From positions 136,935 through 185,001 of IMG/VR virus record IMGVR_UViG_3300010163_000004: a DNA stretch of 48,067 bases; one strand, 5' to 3'. This document shows positions 34,373 through 47,313 of this stretch, piece after piece (the first letter of the stretch is position 1; every line of letters begins with the position of its first letter). The notes under the pieces are model-generated. The model had not been told where the DNA came from. It did no database searches and saw only the letters and a list, made by a program, of their open reading frames with translations. This DNA is from a virus. Its lineage: Duplodnaviria > Heunggongvirae > Uroviricota > Caudoviricetes. Position numbers and translations under genes: made by a program.

Positions 34373-34993
34373 ATGGTACTAAAAACTATATAGGATTACT
34401 ACGACCAAATTTGTGCAGAATATCCAAATATTCCTAAGTCGGATATTAAAAGAATTTTGCAATACGGATGGAAATCGTTATACTTACATAATAGTTATGG
34501 AGGAGATGCTCTAATTAATAGAAATGGATTTTGGTTTTATTGTGGATAGTTAATGAATGATTCTCTAAAGTATTTTGAGTACTATAAAAATAAAATGAGA
34601 ATTAAATTACGAATAATGTATAAACGCAAGCACATCCCTTGGGATGGATACTATTACTTTGCATTAACTTAGAATTAGTATAACGAATATTTGAGTTAGA
34701 AAAATAAAAGAGGACGACCAAAGAAAAGATTTACCTTTTCTAAGATCATCCTCTACAAAATATATGATGAGTGTAATATATCAGAAAGTAACCGAGTAGC
34801 AATATTCAGATTACCTATGCCAGTTGATTTCGGAATTAGTTTATATAAGAAAGAATTAACTACAGATAAAGCAGAACTAATCTTAGTTAGAGAACCTTTA
34901 AAATTTTAGGATATATTATTAACTAATTATAATTATCAATTTATTTCAGATAATTTAAGAAAATATAACAAAAACAAGAGAAACGATGACTAA
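34373..34993 (+). CDS. Basic protein with HU/IHF-like N-terminus, 206 aa
   Basis: IQDYYDQICAEYPNIPKSDIKRILQYGW...GGDALINRNGFWF; Lys/Arg-rich; ends TAA overlapping the next gene. Confidence 0.55.
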
Positions 34994-37900
34994 TACAATT
35001 ATGACTGCGAAAAATACATTCGCAGAAGGATTAGTAATGGATTTCGCTCCAGATAATACATAGGCTACAACTCTTACATCTGCACTTAATGCTACCTTGT
35101 TAACATTTAATGGGAACGAGATGTCTCTTTAGAATGATATGGGTAATGGAAGAGTGGAGACAGCATATCTTCCGGAGGGGTATATTCCAGTGGGAACTTG
35201 TGAATTTGGGGATATTATCTACATAGTATCTTATAATCCCATAATTAACAAATCCTAGATAGGATGTTTCCCCAGTCCAGAAAGAAACATTTCTTCTGAT
35301 GAAATTGGAGGAATGGACTAGAGCCTATCTTGGAAGGACTTTCAATAGTCTACAGATGGAGTGAATCCAAATGGAAAGTTAAAATCTACCTCTGTTAAAA
35401 AGGTACTATATGGAAATAAAAACATGAATCCAGGAGATAAATATATAATATACTCAGAGGATTTACCAAGAAATAGCCAGTACTTATCTGATTATGGAAG
35501 TAAATCTCATCAGCATAATAGCTTTCCAAAATTAATTAAGATACATGTAGTAAGTATTGAAGACTCCGGAAAAATAGTATATCTTGATTCTACAACTAAA
35601 TGGTATAAGAATAATGATTATTATTTAAGTTCTGATTCAAGAACAAACACAGAAGGCGAAGAGGATATAGATACACATAGGGCTAGAATGAACTCAGCTT
35701 ATTCTATATTTTCTTCAAAAGTGTCTGGAAACTTAGCTCTACTAGTAGAGTTAGAAAAAATAACAGGATTTAGCTGTAGTTGGATTCCATATATCGAAAG
35801 TACTACTGGGGGAAGTACCAAGAACACTACGTATAGAATTTACTGGAGTTTTAACTGGACTACTAACGATAATAATATAAATCCTAAAGGAATAATATTA
35901 ACAAAATCAGAATGGTCTGGAGTAGAAGCATAGCATAAGGGTCAGTATCAATTGTGGAGGAAGAATAGCAAGGGAGATATTATCTTAGGTAAGGAAAACC
36001 CAGAAGACACCTAGGATGGTTGGGTATTAGAATAGCCATCTATTCCAACTATTTATGAGAAAGAAGTAACTAGAAAATATAAACCAGAGGAAGTTTCAAT
36101 GACTTTTGAGAGCTTCATGAGGGAATATGAGTACAATAAGTATTTGGAAACAACGTTAACCTCTATTACTGAAAGTAATGAAGAAAAAGTATCTACTCCT
36201 TATAAGTTAAATATCGTTAGAAACGAGGGCCTTCCTCAAGAAGGCCAATATTTAGTTAACTGTACTCATATTGCTGACGGAGAATATTATACTACTAACC
36301 TTAAGGGGGAATTAAATAAAATTAATGCGATTTAGATCAATGATGATTTAGTAAATAACTATTTTCACTATCCTATCGTAAAATATTTTGCTAACTTTAC
36401 AATTCCTACTAAGCAAGTCTTTGATTCAATTGAAAAGATTCCAAACATAAGTAATCTTATATATCATTACAATATAGCTCCAGCTATGCCTTATGGTATA
36501 TTAGAAGAATTTACACAAGAAGGGTATATAGATTTTAGTAAAATAGGTACTGATAATATAAAAGTAACCTCTTGGAAATATTACAATTATGAGAATACTT
36601 CAACATTGACTTGGGGTATGGATGCTTATGTGGAGCCAGGAAAGGGTATATCAGAAGTAGTATTTGAATTTTATGATAACAATGGATTTGCTGCTGCATA
36701 TCATAATAAAGGAAAATTATCTTATAGCGGAACTTTTACTGAATATATAACATTAAATGAAGCAGGTTCTAATTATAAATTAAATAATGTTCCAGCAGAT
36801 ACATCTAAAGGTTAGTTACCTCATAAAGGATTGGAGGCCACTAAAGAAGATATGAAAGCTAACCCTAATATCACATATCTAGATGAAGCGGGAAAAGTAG
36901 TTAGCCTAAATAAGAATGGAGAGGTAATTGTTAGTGGAGATACATCAGGAACACCTTATACAGGGAAAATATATCAAGATGACTCTGGAACTTTATATTC
37001 TAATTACTTATACTTAGTTAAAATAACTATAAAATATTCTGTAAAGGGGGCATTAGACGAGTATATTGATAATCCGTCGGATTACAGGACTGAGTACAGA
37101 TGGTACTGGACCAATTCTATGTTTAATGAATATTACTATTCAGTGTCTGATTTTAAAGAGTTATAGTTTAATTTGAATCTTGATTTTAACGCTCTATATA
37201 AGCAAAAATCTAATACTATATTCAGTTAGAATGTTAATTATGCAGTTCCAAGTAATGAGGTTACAGAGTTAAACAAAAATGAACACACTTAGTTAAAGGC
37301 TAATGTAACTTATGTAAATTAGAACGGATAGGCTGATTCAAATGGGAATATTGAATGTAAGTTATAGTCCGGATTAAGAAATGACTATAATATGTTTAAT
37401 CTTGATAGTGATACATTAAATAATATTGAAACTGCCGTATTTCTAGGAAAATCCTATATAGAATCGCCAGATTAGCCCAAAACAGTAAGTTCAGAAGATT
37501 TGGCTTACACATTCCAGGGTATTTATCCTACTAATGAAGAAAATCTTAATGAAGATAACTATACTGCTAAAGTAAATCTTTCTAAGATTGGGCCTACCTT
37601 AAGTTAGTTATTAGGTTTTGAGTAGGAGGGCACTGGAGAAGAAATAAATGCTGATTCTGAGTCATATAAGGAATATAAAAATGCATTTTCTTTAAGGTTT
37701 CCTACAAAATATGAAGTTTAGGCTTAGGACAAATATGAATACTTGAATTATAGAGGTGAGGCAACTGAGATTAGTTCTGCTAAGTATATGTCATTTACTA
37801 ATGTTGACTACAAGTATGGTGAAAATTCTATAGATCTTACTTTCACTGGAATTCTATACAATAAGTACTATGAATTAAAAAACTATACTACTGCCAATGT

Positions 37901-39290
37901 TACTTTAGTAAGACCCCTATTATATAATAATGAAGACTTAGATACATATAGTATGTCTTTTAGTAATGGGCATTTTTACTTTGATAGATTAGGAGGCTTC
38001 TCTATTGGAGATGATGGTGATCATAGTACTAGAACTAGAATAAGATATTTTAGAGGTTCTGCAGATGCTATGGATCATTATACTAGGTCTTTCGAATAGA
38101 TAGGTGGTGCAAATTTTGGTGACGGTGCTCCCCCATATCTTAATTCTGAGGTATAGCATACTGATTACGGACAATTAAATGAAGTTTTTTCTGGAATCAC
38201 ACCGTTTATGTTAATGAGAGAAAGTGATTATGGTAAGCGCTATAAAATAAATAATGGATTTGATGATTCTCATAATTCCTTAGTAAGCAAATCAAACTTA
38301 GAACAATATTTCCAATTTGAATGTGATATTGATGGAGGTATTTATAAAGATTTAAGAAGTCTTAAAAGAAATAATTCTTTTGTATTCTTAGCTTTAAAAG
38401 ATAAAGAAAATTAGCTTCATTTTTTAAATACTTTTATTCCAGTAGACTTTAGCTCATACGGACCCTATATAACTCAAAATATTAAATATAAAGATACTGG
38501 CTTAGATACTACATTATACAGACCCAAAACGATAGGGGATGCTGTTGCTTCTGTATTAATGAATTTGTACTATACCACTGGAGAGACAAGCTAGGAGAAG
38601 GTATTCCGCACTTGTAATTTTGTGCAGCTGGAAAATCATAGTTATATTTTTACTAAAGATATTATTTTTAGATTTAGAGTTAAAGAACACTTGGATACGG
38701 GCAAAGAGGTAGACCAAAATGAAATGATTTTATTACATGGGGTAAAATATCCAGTATATATAAATGATGTTATTTAGAAATCAGGAATGGGAAACGAAGT
38801 CAAGAATGACCCGAATGTATCTTTAGACCTAAAAGGAATAGAAAAAAATTGTCCCCTGTAGTTCAGATTTAATTATATAGTTCCTCTGCCAGAAGTTGAA
38901 ACTGATGCTAAATATGTTGTAAAATGTTCTGATGGTACTCCTTAGTTTGTAAATAGTTCTTTTGCAACAAATGTTTTATATTACTAGAGTACTGAAGATA
39001 AACGCATATTCAATTAGTTAGGAAACGGAACTTTAACCTATAGAGGGTTTAAAAACTTCGAATACAGCGCTGATTCCTAGTATATAGGAGAACTACACGA
39101 CAAAAAGATATTTAACTATACTATAGGAAATGCATTTTTATTATACAATAATCAATTAATGTGTAAAAATACTACTGGGTCTATTGCAGAATCAAAGGGC
39201 TTTTCCATAAATGGTCTGGAAGAGATGTGGTCTGGAATATACCCAATTCATAGAGATGAAGTTTTAGTGTCCATGGGAAAATTAGGTTAA
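34986..39290 (+). CDS. Tail stabilisation/muzzle-like protein, part 1, 1434 aa
   Basis: NTFAEGLVMDFAP..LTSALNATL.TFNGNEMSL-Q-NDMGN..LPEGYIPVG.CEFGDIIYIVSYNP..-Q-IGCFPSP. Six track ORFs share this frame; ends TAA. Confidence 0.78.
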
Positions 39291-39293
39291 TAT

Positions 39294-42200
39294 ATGGAAT
39301 GGGTTAAATTACTAAATAACATAAGACTAGAAGCTTAGACTAAAGTTATACCAACTAAAGGAAATCTTGTATATGAATACAATCCCTTTAGAAATTATAG
39401 AATTACATAGAATATGTATGAATATAAGGGATAGCTTTATTCATTAGGAGATTTATGGAAGATATTTGGAGTTAGCATCAACTGCACTGCCTATCGTTAC
39501 AAGAAGAATAATGTATATATTTATAAGATAGGAAATTCTCCAAGTTATATTTGGAAACCTGGTAAAGATGATCCTGTAGAAACTAGTTCTGATGCTAATT
39601 AGTTTGGAAAATGGATAGAAGAAGCATATTCTGAAAATCATAATGCAGATAAACGAAATTTAGAGCAGGCATTAAAAGATACTACAGACTAGCTTACTTG
39701 GTATAATGTACCAGATATAGAAACAGACCCATATCTTAGAGAATCAGGAGAATTAGTAGATTTTACTACTGATGAATTAAGTTTTTCTTTGGATCATCCA
39801 GTACATATTATCCCTCAATATAGTTATGATGGTTCTGTAAACCTTATTATTAATGATGGCATCAATATTCCTAGATTAATAAATAGTAGATTCAGTGCTA
39901 CAGGAAAAAATACTTATGAAGTAGTAGACAGAAAAGGGAATAATGATACTAATATATATGATTAGGGAGATTAGTTTGATATTGATACCTCTCTGTATAA
40001 AAGAGTAGTTAAAATTCCTAAAATAGACTTTAAGGGAGTTTCTGCAGGAGGTAATTTAAAAGTTGGAAACTATCATTTCTATTTTAAATTATCTGATGCA
40101 GATGGAAATGAAACTGATTTTGTTGGAGAATCTGGTTTAGTTAGTGTATTTATAGGGTTTAATGACTATTTTTCAGTTACTACTGGATAGAAAAATGAAA
40201 ATAGCTTTAAATAGGTTTAGTTTTAGGTATCAAATGTTGATAGTTCCTATGATTATGTAACTGTTTATTATTCTAGAAGTACAGCAGAGGCTAACGAAAA
40301 CTCAATAACTGAATACATTAAAATAGATAAAAAATATTAGGTTAATAATGCTTCTGTTGCTAATGTTATAATAACTGGTTTCGAAAATGAGGTTACTATA
40401 GACGCTTCTGCCATTAATTTAAATTATAATATAGTAGATAGTGTTACTACTTCTGCAGTATGTTAGAATATGCTATTTTTAGCCAATGTACATAAACAAG
40501 ACGTCCCTTATTTTGAATTATAGGATCTATCTCTAAGATTCCTTCCTTATCTTAAGCAAGAGGAATATGCTGTTGATATAGATTAGAGTTACTCTATAAC
40601 TACTGCAAATAGAGGGTATCTAGATCCCAAATTTATATATGATAAAACTGGATACTGGGGGAATGAAATATATCGTTTCGGAATTGTTTATATTCTAAAT
40701 AACGGGGAGTTATCTTCTGTTTTTAATATTCGAGGTAATTATAATATTAAAGAATTTTCTTCAGAAAACAAGGATAGTTATATAGATGGTTAGTATGCCA
40801 ATATTCCAGTATGGGATGAAAATAATGAGCGTCGTCATATAACTTATAATGAGGAAACCTTTACTCTATTAGAAGATGAAAGAACCTCTTAGTATGAGAA
40901 TGTAAAGGGGGTAGTGTCTTTTAATCCAGATAGAGATACTAATACTATATATTCTGTTGATATAAGAGTAGATGATTAGACTATTTAGGAATTAAAGAAA
41001 CATGTAAAAGGATATTTCTTTGTTCGTTAGACTAGAATACCTACTATACTTGCGCAAGGCATTACTGTTGGTATAGATAAAGAATCTAGAACTCCTACAA
41101 TACCAACAGCTGATGGATTTTTAACTGATTTGTCGGATTCTCTAAGTAAAACTCATGTTACTACTGAAGATATTAATGATGTTAATTTTATCTCAGAAGG
41201 GTTTTTAAGCAGATATTCTTTTAAGTTTAAAAAGAAATCATCTGGTTTATGGGGAAGCCTAGGTACTGCATTATTAGTTGGAGTTGGTATAGCAGCTGTA
41301 GCTGCAGCTTGTGTTTTCGCTGGACCAGCTATCGCTGCGGCAGCAGGTACTATTGCTGGAGCAGCTGCTGCAGGAGGTACAGCTACTACTGCGGCAATTG
41401 CAACCGCTGCCGTATCCGCTGGAGCTGCTGCAGTATCTTCTAGTGCTGTTATTATAGGGGCCGCCGCAGCGTCAGTAGTTGTAGGTACAGCTTTGGCAGC
41501 AGGAATACAAGAAGTTCGATATGGAGTAGGACGTAGTTTCGCTAAAAAGAAATTAGATGGGCGCAATACAATAGCTCCTTCTGGATATAAAATAGTAGAA
41601 ACGGACGAATCTCGTAAACTTGATCAGGATTTTCTTAAAAGATTCATTCCTAAGGATGCTGATAGTAATATAGTTGCTGGCATAATATGTCCAGATTATG
41701 AAATAAACCAACCTTATTATAATTAGATATTTACAGGAAATAATCATTTAATAGAATTAGCTAACTCTCAGAATATTAACTGCCTAAATGGTCATTCTAC
41801 AAATTATTTCACTAATAATGAGCGGCATTTTTATGTTCCCTCTTATTATGATCGAAATATAAGAACAGCTCACACGTTTAAAATAATTCCTGTTCAAGAT
41901 AATATGAAATGTGTAGGAATTGATGATATGATGTTCAGAAGTAGAGCTGGAGAAGCTGAGGAAGTTTGGAGATATGAATGTATCTCCGAGGATTTTAAGT
42001 CAGATACAACTAAATCTGCTGGAGAAGAGGATTCAGAAACTTCGAGCAATAAGAAGATAAATACAGACATTATCAGAGGTAGTTTTGGAGCCTATTTAGC
42101 GTTTAACGATACTAACAACAGCTTTCAACCTGCTGAAACTGTTAATATCTACATACCTGAATACTCTACTAGCAATATGCAAAATTATTTCTATTTGCGT

Positions 42201-45200
42201 ATGATAGATAGTTCCTCATTCTTTGCTATTACTGATCGTTACAGTATTCAGGATACTGACAGTTATTTAATAAAGAAACTAAGTAATATAGTAGGATAGG
42301 AAGACAGAACATGTGGTTACCAATATAATGCTTACAGAGGGGACTGTTATATTTGTCAATTTACTCATAGAGTAAATAGAAACTTCAATGATCCATCTGC
42401 CCCATATAACGACGAAATAGTGGATAATGCTACTTGGAAAGAAAACTATGATCCAGAAAACAGTGAGAAGTATGAACAAATAAATTTGGGAGACGTTAAT
42501 GCTGTTCAATTAGGGATGTGGGTTACCTTTAAAGTTAGGTCTTCTAACAATTTAAATATTAGAACTTTAGATGGTTCCTATGTAGATGAAACGGCTATGT
42601 GTGGACATCCGAGAGGGTACTATCCATACCTTCCTATGAGTACTGAGGGAACGTATAAACACCCAGAATCATAGGTATATAACAAGGGTTTTACTAAATC
42701 TTTAAGTGAAAGATGGAACTTTGAACTTCCTGATGTTCCCCATATAAAAAACTGGTTTGGGACTCGTATCATGTATTCTGATATTCACGTTAATGATGCC
42801 TATAAGAACGGATTTAGAGTTTTCCAAGGAACTCATTATAGAGATTATACTCGCGAATACGGGGAAATAGTAAAGTTAATTTCTCTTGAGTCTAATCTTT
42901 TATGTGTATTTGAACATGGTATAGCATTGATACCTGTCAATGAAAGAGCAGTCGCAGGTGAGGGAACAGGCGGAAATGTCTATATAAACACATCTAACGT
43001 GCTTCCAGAGAACCCAAAAATTATCTCTGATATGTTTGGTAGTCAGTGGCCCGAAAGTGTCCTCAAAGTCCCAGGAAAGACTGGAGATTCTGCATAGTAT
43101 GTCTATGGAGTTGATACAGTTGCTAAGAAGATTTGGCGTACTGATGGAAACACTCTTACTTGTATTTCAGACTTTAGAGTTCAAGAATTTCTAAATCAAA
43201 GTATTACTTTGGGCGAAAGAGAACTTACTCCTAAAATAGGTATTAGAAATGTAAAGACAGTATATAACGCCTTCAAGCGAGACGTATTATTTACTTTCTA
43301 TGACAATACTTATGGCTTTGAAGAAAAGGTTTGGAATCTATGCTGGAATGAGTTATTATAGAAGTTTATAACATTCTATAGTTGGGTTCCTAGCTATATG
43401 GAAAATATAAATAATATTCCATTCTCATTCGATAGAAATACTTCTAAGTGGATTGCTAAACTAGGAACAAGTCATACTGAAAGTTCTTTTGCTGACGGTA
43501 TTACACTATCTAATGTAATTATAGAAAACTCAGAGAATGAATAGGGAGAAGTAGTAACTAACTTTAAAGTTCCAGTTTCTTATGTGAATAAGAAAGGTGA
43601 ATGGGTGACTCAAAACTATACTGTAGCGAATGATGGAATTAGTAGAAAAAAATACATTGGAATATTATCCTTAAGTAATAGAATACTTCCAGATGCTTAG
43701 CTTCACTATTAGATTTCCTATTCCTTGTAGAGAGATTAGTATGGAAACTATAAGAAGTTTGACATAGTCCCCCTAAATTGTGGAGAAACTAATGGAGGTA
43801 TATATCTTCCAGATGATGCTATGTTCGCAGGAGCTTTCATGCCTCTATATTGTCTAAAATTCAAGGAAGGAAAAGATGAATATAGTCCGGTCTATTATAA
43901 AGATGGACAGGAGATGACTGAAGTATCCGATGGAGCTAGCGATACATTCTACACTTATCAAGCTCTATATACCGCAAAATCCCTATTATCTGAATTATAT
44001 TATAGGAATAGTGCAGGACATTAGTATGCAGACTACGAAGTTAATAAAGTTAAGGTAGGAGACTCTATCGAAGGGAATACATTAGAAATAACTGATGTGT
44101 TAGATTATCCTACATTCAAAGACATTACTGGAAAGCGTCCTACTCTTCCTAGAGAAGAAATGATAAATCCTGATAAAATAGTAACCTTACTTAATATTAA
44201 GGCTACAATATCTATTGTTGATAGTGATAATTAGTCTAAACTAAGTGATTCCTATTACAATATGAAAGCAGGATTTTAGTCAGGAACATCTCTAGTAGAT
44301 GCTGGATATTATGAATCTGTTGTAGGAATAGCTCCTAGATGGAACTTATAGTTCTTATCTACAGATTTTTGGAAGCACGGCTAGGCTGGACTGATTGACA
44401 TAGCAGATGATATATATCCTACTTATTGGTATGGAAGACAGCATCCATTCGAATTTGAATGTGTAGTAGTGAACGATCCTTCTATACATAAGATATTTAC
44501 TAATCTTGAAATTGTTGCTAATAAGGCAAAACCTGAATCTTTCCACTATGAAATAATTGGAGAGACATACGACTTTGCAAAAGATAAGGTAAATATGTAT
44601 TTTAGACAGGAAGCTATGAAAGCATTGTGGCAATACAATGGAGCTGATATTTCTTATGATAGGAACTTCTTAAAAGTTCAACCTAGATAGTAGCCAAAGT
44701 CTGCTGACTTCCCGCATAAGTACTATACTAGACAAGATACTATCAATGAAATAGAAGATTATTATATTCATGTAACTTATCCAGACTCACATGATTATCG
44801 TCATTTATCTGGAGCGGAAGTAGTTTACTATCCAAATAGACAAGAATATCGAATCTGGAATCATGCTATGGCTGTAGATATAGACGATTTGAGTTAGGAT
44901 GATTCAAGGTCAATTATCTCTGCTAATTGTTAGTATTTAGAGGACAGATGGAAAGTTACAATTAATCCTATTTTAGTATGCTATAAGAATGAGTATCAAA
45001 AGAAATTCTCTGGTTCCTTAATATAGCCTCAGAACTCTACTTGGGCAAGAGCCGAGAATAGTTCACAAAGCTTACCAACTCTTCCTATTTATAATTCTCC
45101 TATACCGGATCAGGTTTTATCAGCTGGTGGTATAGATTTCCCAGGAAATGACCCAGTACATCCCGAGTGGGGAGAAGATAACGCTCTTTACAATTTATAT

Positions 45201-45419
45201 GATTTATCTGGGTACAATTCCGAAGGAGGTTGGAAACCGTTGGATTTAACTAATTGGTTAGACGATGTTAATATTTACAGATATAACTTTGGGGAAGCAT
45301 AGAATAGAAAAGAGTTAGATGTTAAGGATAAATTCTTAAAGATAAGAATTAGATATTCTGGAGAAGAATTAGCTGTTATAGATTTCTTAAATACTGTATA
45401 TAGAATTAGCTATAGTTAA
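39294..45419 (+). CDS. Tail stabilisation/muzzle-like protein, part 2, 2041 aa
   Basis: SYDGSVNLIINDG.NIPRLINSRF, GGNLKVGNYHFYFK, YRFGIVY, YTREYGEIVKL, WNE..F.TFYSW. Six track ORFs share this frame; ends TAA. Confidence 0.8.
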
Positions 45420-45423
45420 AAAT

Positions 45424-47313
45424 ATGTTTAATAGAAATATAAATAAAGTCAGAAGAATAGCGAAAGCCTATTATGGGCTTTCCATTCCTTCTGGAAATCC
45501 ATATATGACTACGAATGGACTAGCCATCCCTGGTAATGCTATTACTTAGTAGAATTTGCTAGGAACTGATTATAGCGCTGATTTCAGAAACAGAGCTGAA
45601 TAGATAATGGCTCCTACTAATAGTCTTATAGATTTTAATGCTAGAATGGGAGACTTATTTAGCTTAAAGCTAAAGAATGATAGAGATTCCGCTAAAGCTA
45701 TTACATAGATAAAGAGTATGTCTGGAGCACCTTAGAAATCATAGGGAACTTTCTAGAAACTAGGAGGGTGGAATACAGTAGGACAAGCCTCAGACTTCCT
45801 AAGCGGACTAATTGGAGGTGATAAAGATGGATACCTTGGTAAATATGGTTCATTATAGCAAGCAGGAGACTAGGCGTTCGACTAGGCTTCAAATGTAGTA
45901 ATGGGAATAAATCCTCTGGTCGGAGGGATAATGAAGGCAGGAGGTTTAGTTAGTGATGTATTAACTAAATGGGGTGGAATGGGCACAGATTCCATGACTA
46001 AAACCGATGCTGTACTAGGTAGTAAGTTATTATCTCTTACTCCAGTTGGTATGGTTAATGGTTTCTTTGGTAAGAAAACTAGGGATTTTTCTGCTAATAG
46101 AGATACTATAGAATAGGTAGGAGGTTCTTACGGTGGAACTGTTAGGAATATAGCATCAGCAGAAGAAAAAGCTGGAAAGAAATATGGATTATTTAGTGGA
46201 GGAGCAAGAAGGTCAGCTAACAGATTCATAAATAGAACAGAGTCTCAATAGGCGACTATGACTAATATAGCTAATGAGGCTTCCGATTTATCTTCTATAG
46301 CTACTAATATGTCAGATTTAAATCATATTTAGTACGGCTTCAACCTAAATGGCGGATATGATTAGAGATATATGAGAGCTGCTAGACTTGGAACTAAATT
46401 ACAGAGAATTAAAAAACTTAATATATAGTCTCATAAATTAGGAGGTTAGATATAGGGAGCAATAGACTTGAATGAATGGCAGCCTGTTATAACTGAAGCT
46501 GTAGAGTAGTTTGAGTCTGGAGGAGAATTAGAATGGACTCCTATTATAACCCTGTAGGAAGGAGGAAAAACTGAAAAGGTAGATGGAATAACAGGAGCAG
46601 CCCCAAAGATTACTTTCTGGTCTTGGTATAATACTGTTCCAAAAGATAGGCTGTCGAATAATTATGACCTTAAGAAAGCTTTTGAAGTACTGCCATTTGA
46701 GGAGTTAGAGGCGTGGAGAAAATCTTCTAACGAAGATTTAAGAATTGGAAAAAATCACTTACGAAGCATTTATTAGCTTCCCAATGGAGATTATGAATTT
46801 TTAAAGCTAGGAAATGAATAGAGTAATCCAGAGGTTCATTTCGAAACTGATACTTATCATTCTGGAGAAAATGGATTAAAAGATTCTCATGACTTAGTCT
46901 TTGAGAAGGATAGATACTTCTATAGAAAGAAGCCTAAACAATTTAAAAATGGTGGTAAACCAGAACCTATAGATGCTCCAGAAATAGAAGAAACTAATTA
47001 GAAAAATATAATTCCAGAAGGTGCTCTTCATGCTCGCAAGCATAACATGGAAAATGCTGATAACTTGACTAAGAAAGGTATCCCAGTTATAGATAATGAA
47101 GGGGAGCAATAGGCAGAAATAGAAAAAAATGAAATAATATTTACACTAGAAGTTACTAAAAAGCTGGAGGAGTTATACTCTAAATATACAGACTATGAAT
47201 ATTCTTAGAAAGAAAAGGATGAAGTAGCAATAGAAGCTGGAAAACTGTTAGTAAAAGAAATATTATTTAACACAGATGATAGAACTTCTTTAATATAGAC
47301 AGTACAAGTATGA
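45424..47313 (+). CDS. Putative cargo/ejection protein with Gly-rich hydrophobic segments and repeated xxxGG motifs, 629 aa
   Basis: Includes track ORF 45901. Motifs HKLGGQ, FESGGE, LQEGGK, FKNGGK; EGALHARKH..KGIPVIDNEGEQQAEIE; ends TGA overlapping the next ATG. Confidence 0.72.

Noticed and set aside
41153-41566. Minus-strand 137-aa Ala/Pro/Thr-rich ORF and plus-strand alternative-frame ORF 41249-41443
   Set aside because: Both are shadows of the GCN-rich hydrophobic segment of gene 39294-45419.
1449-47109. All other minus-strand track ORFs (e.g. 5237, 5956, 17571, 18898, 20893, 26981, 28147, 44355, 46894)
   Set aside because: Short, antisense to long recoded plus-strand genes, and lacking recognisable motifs.
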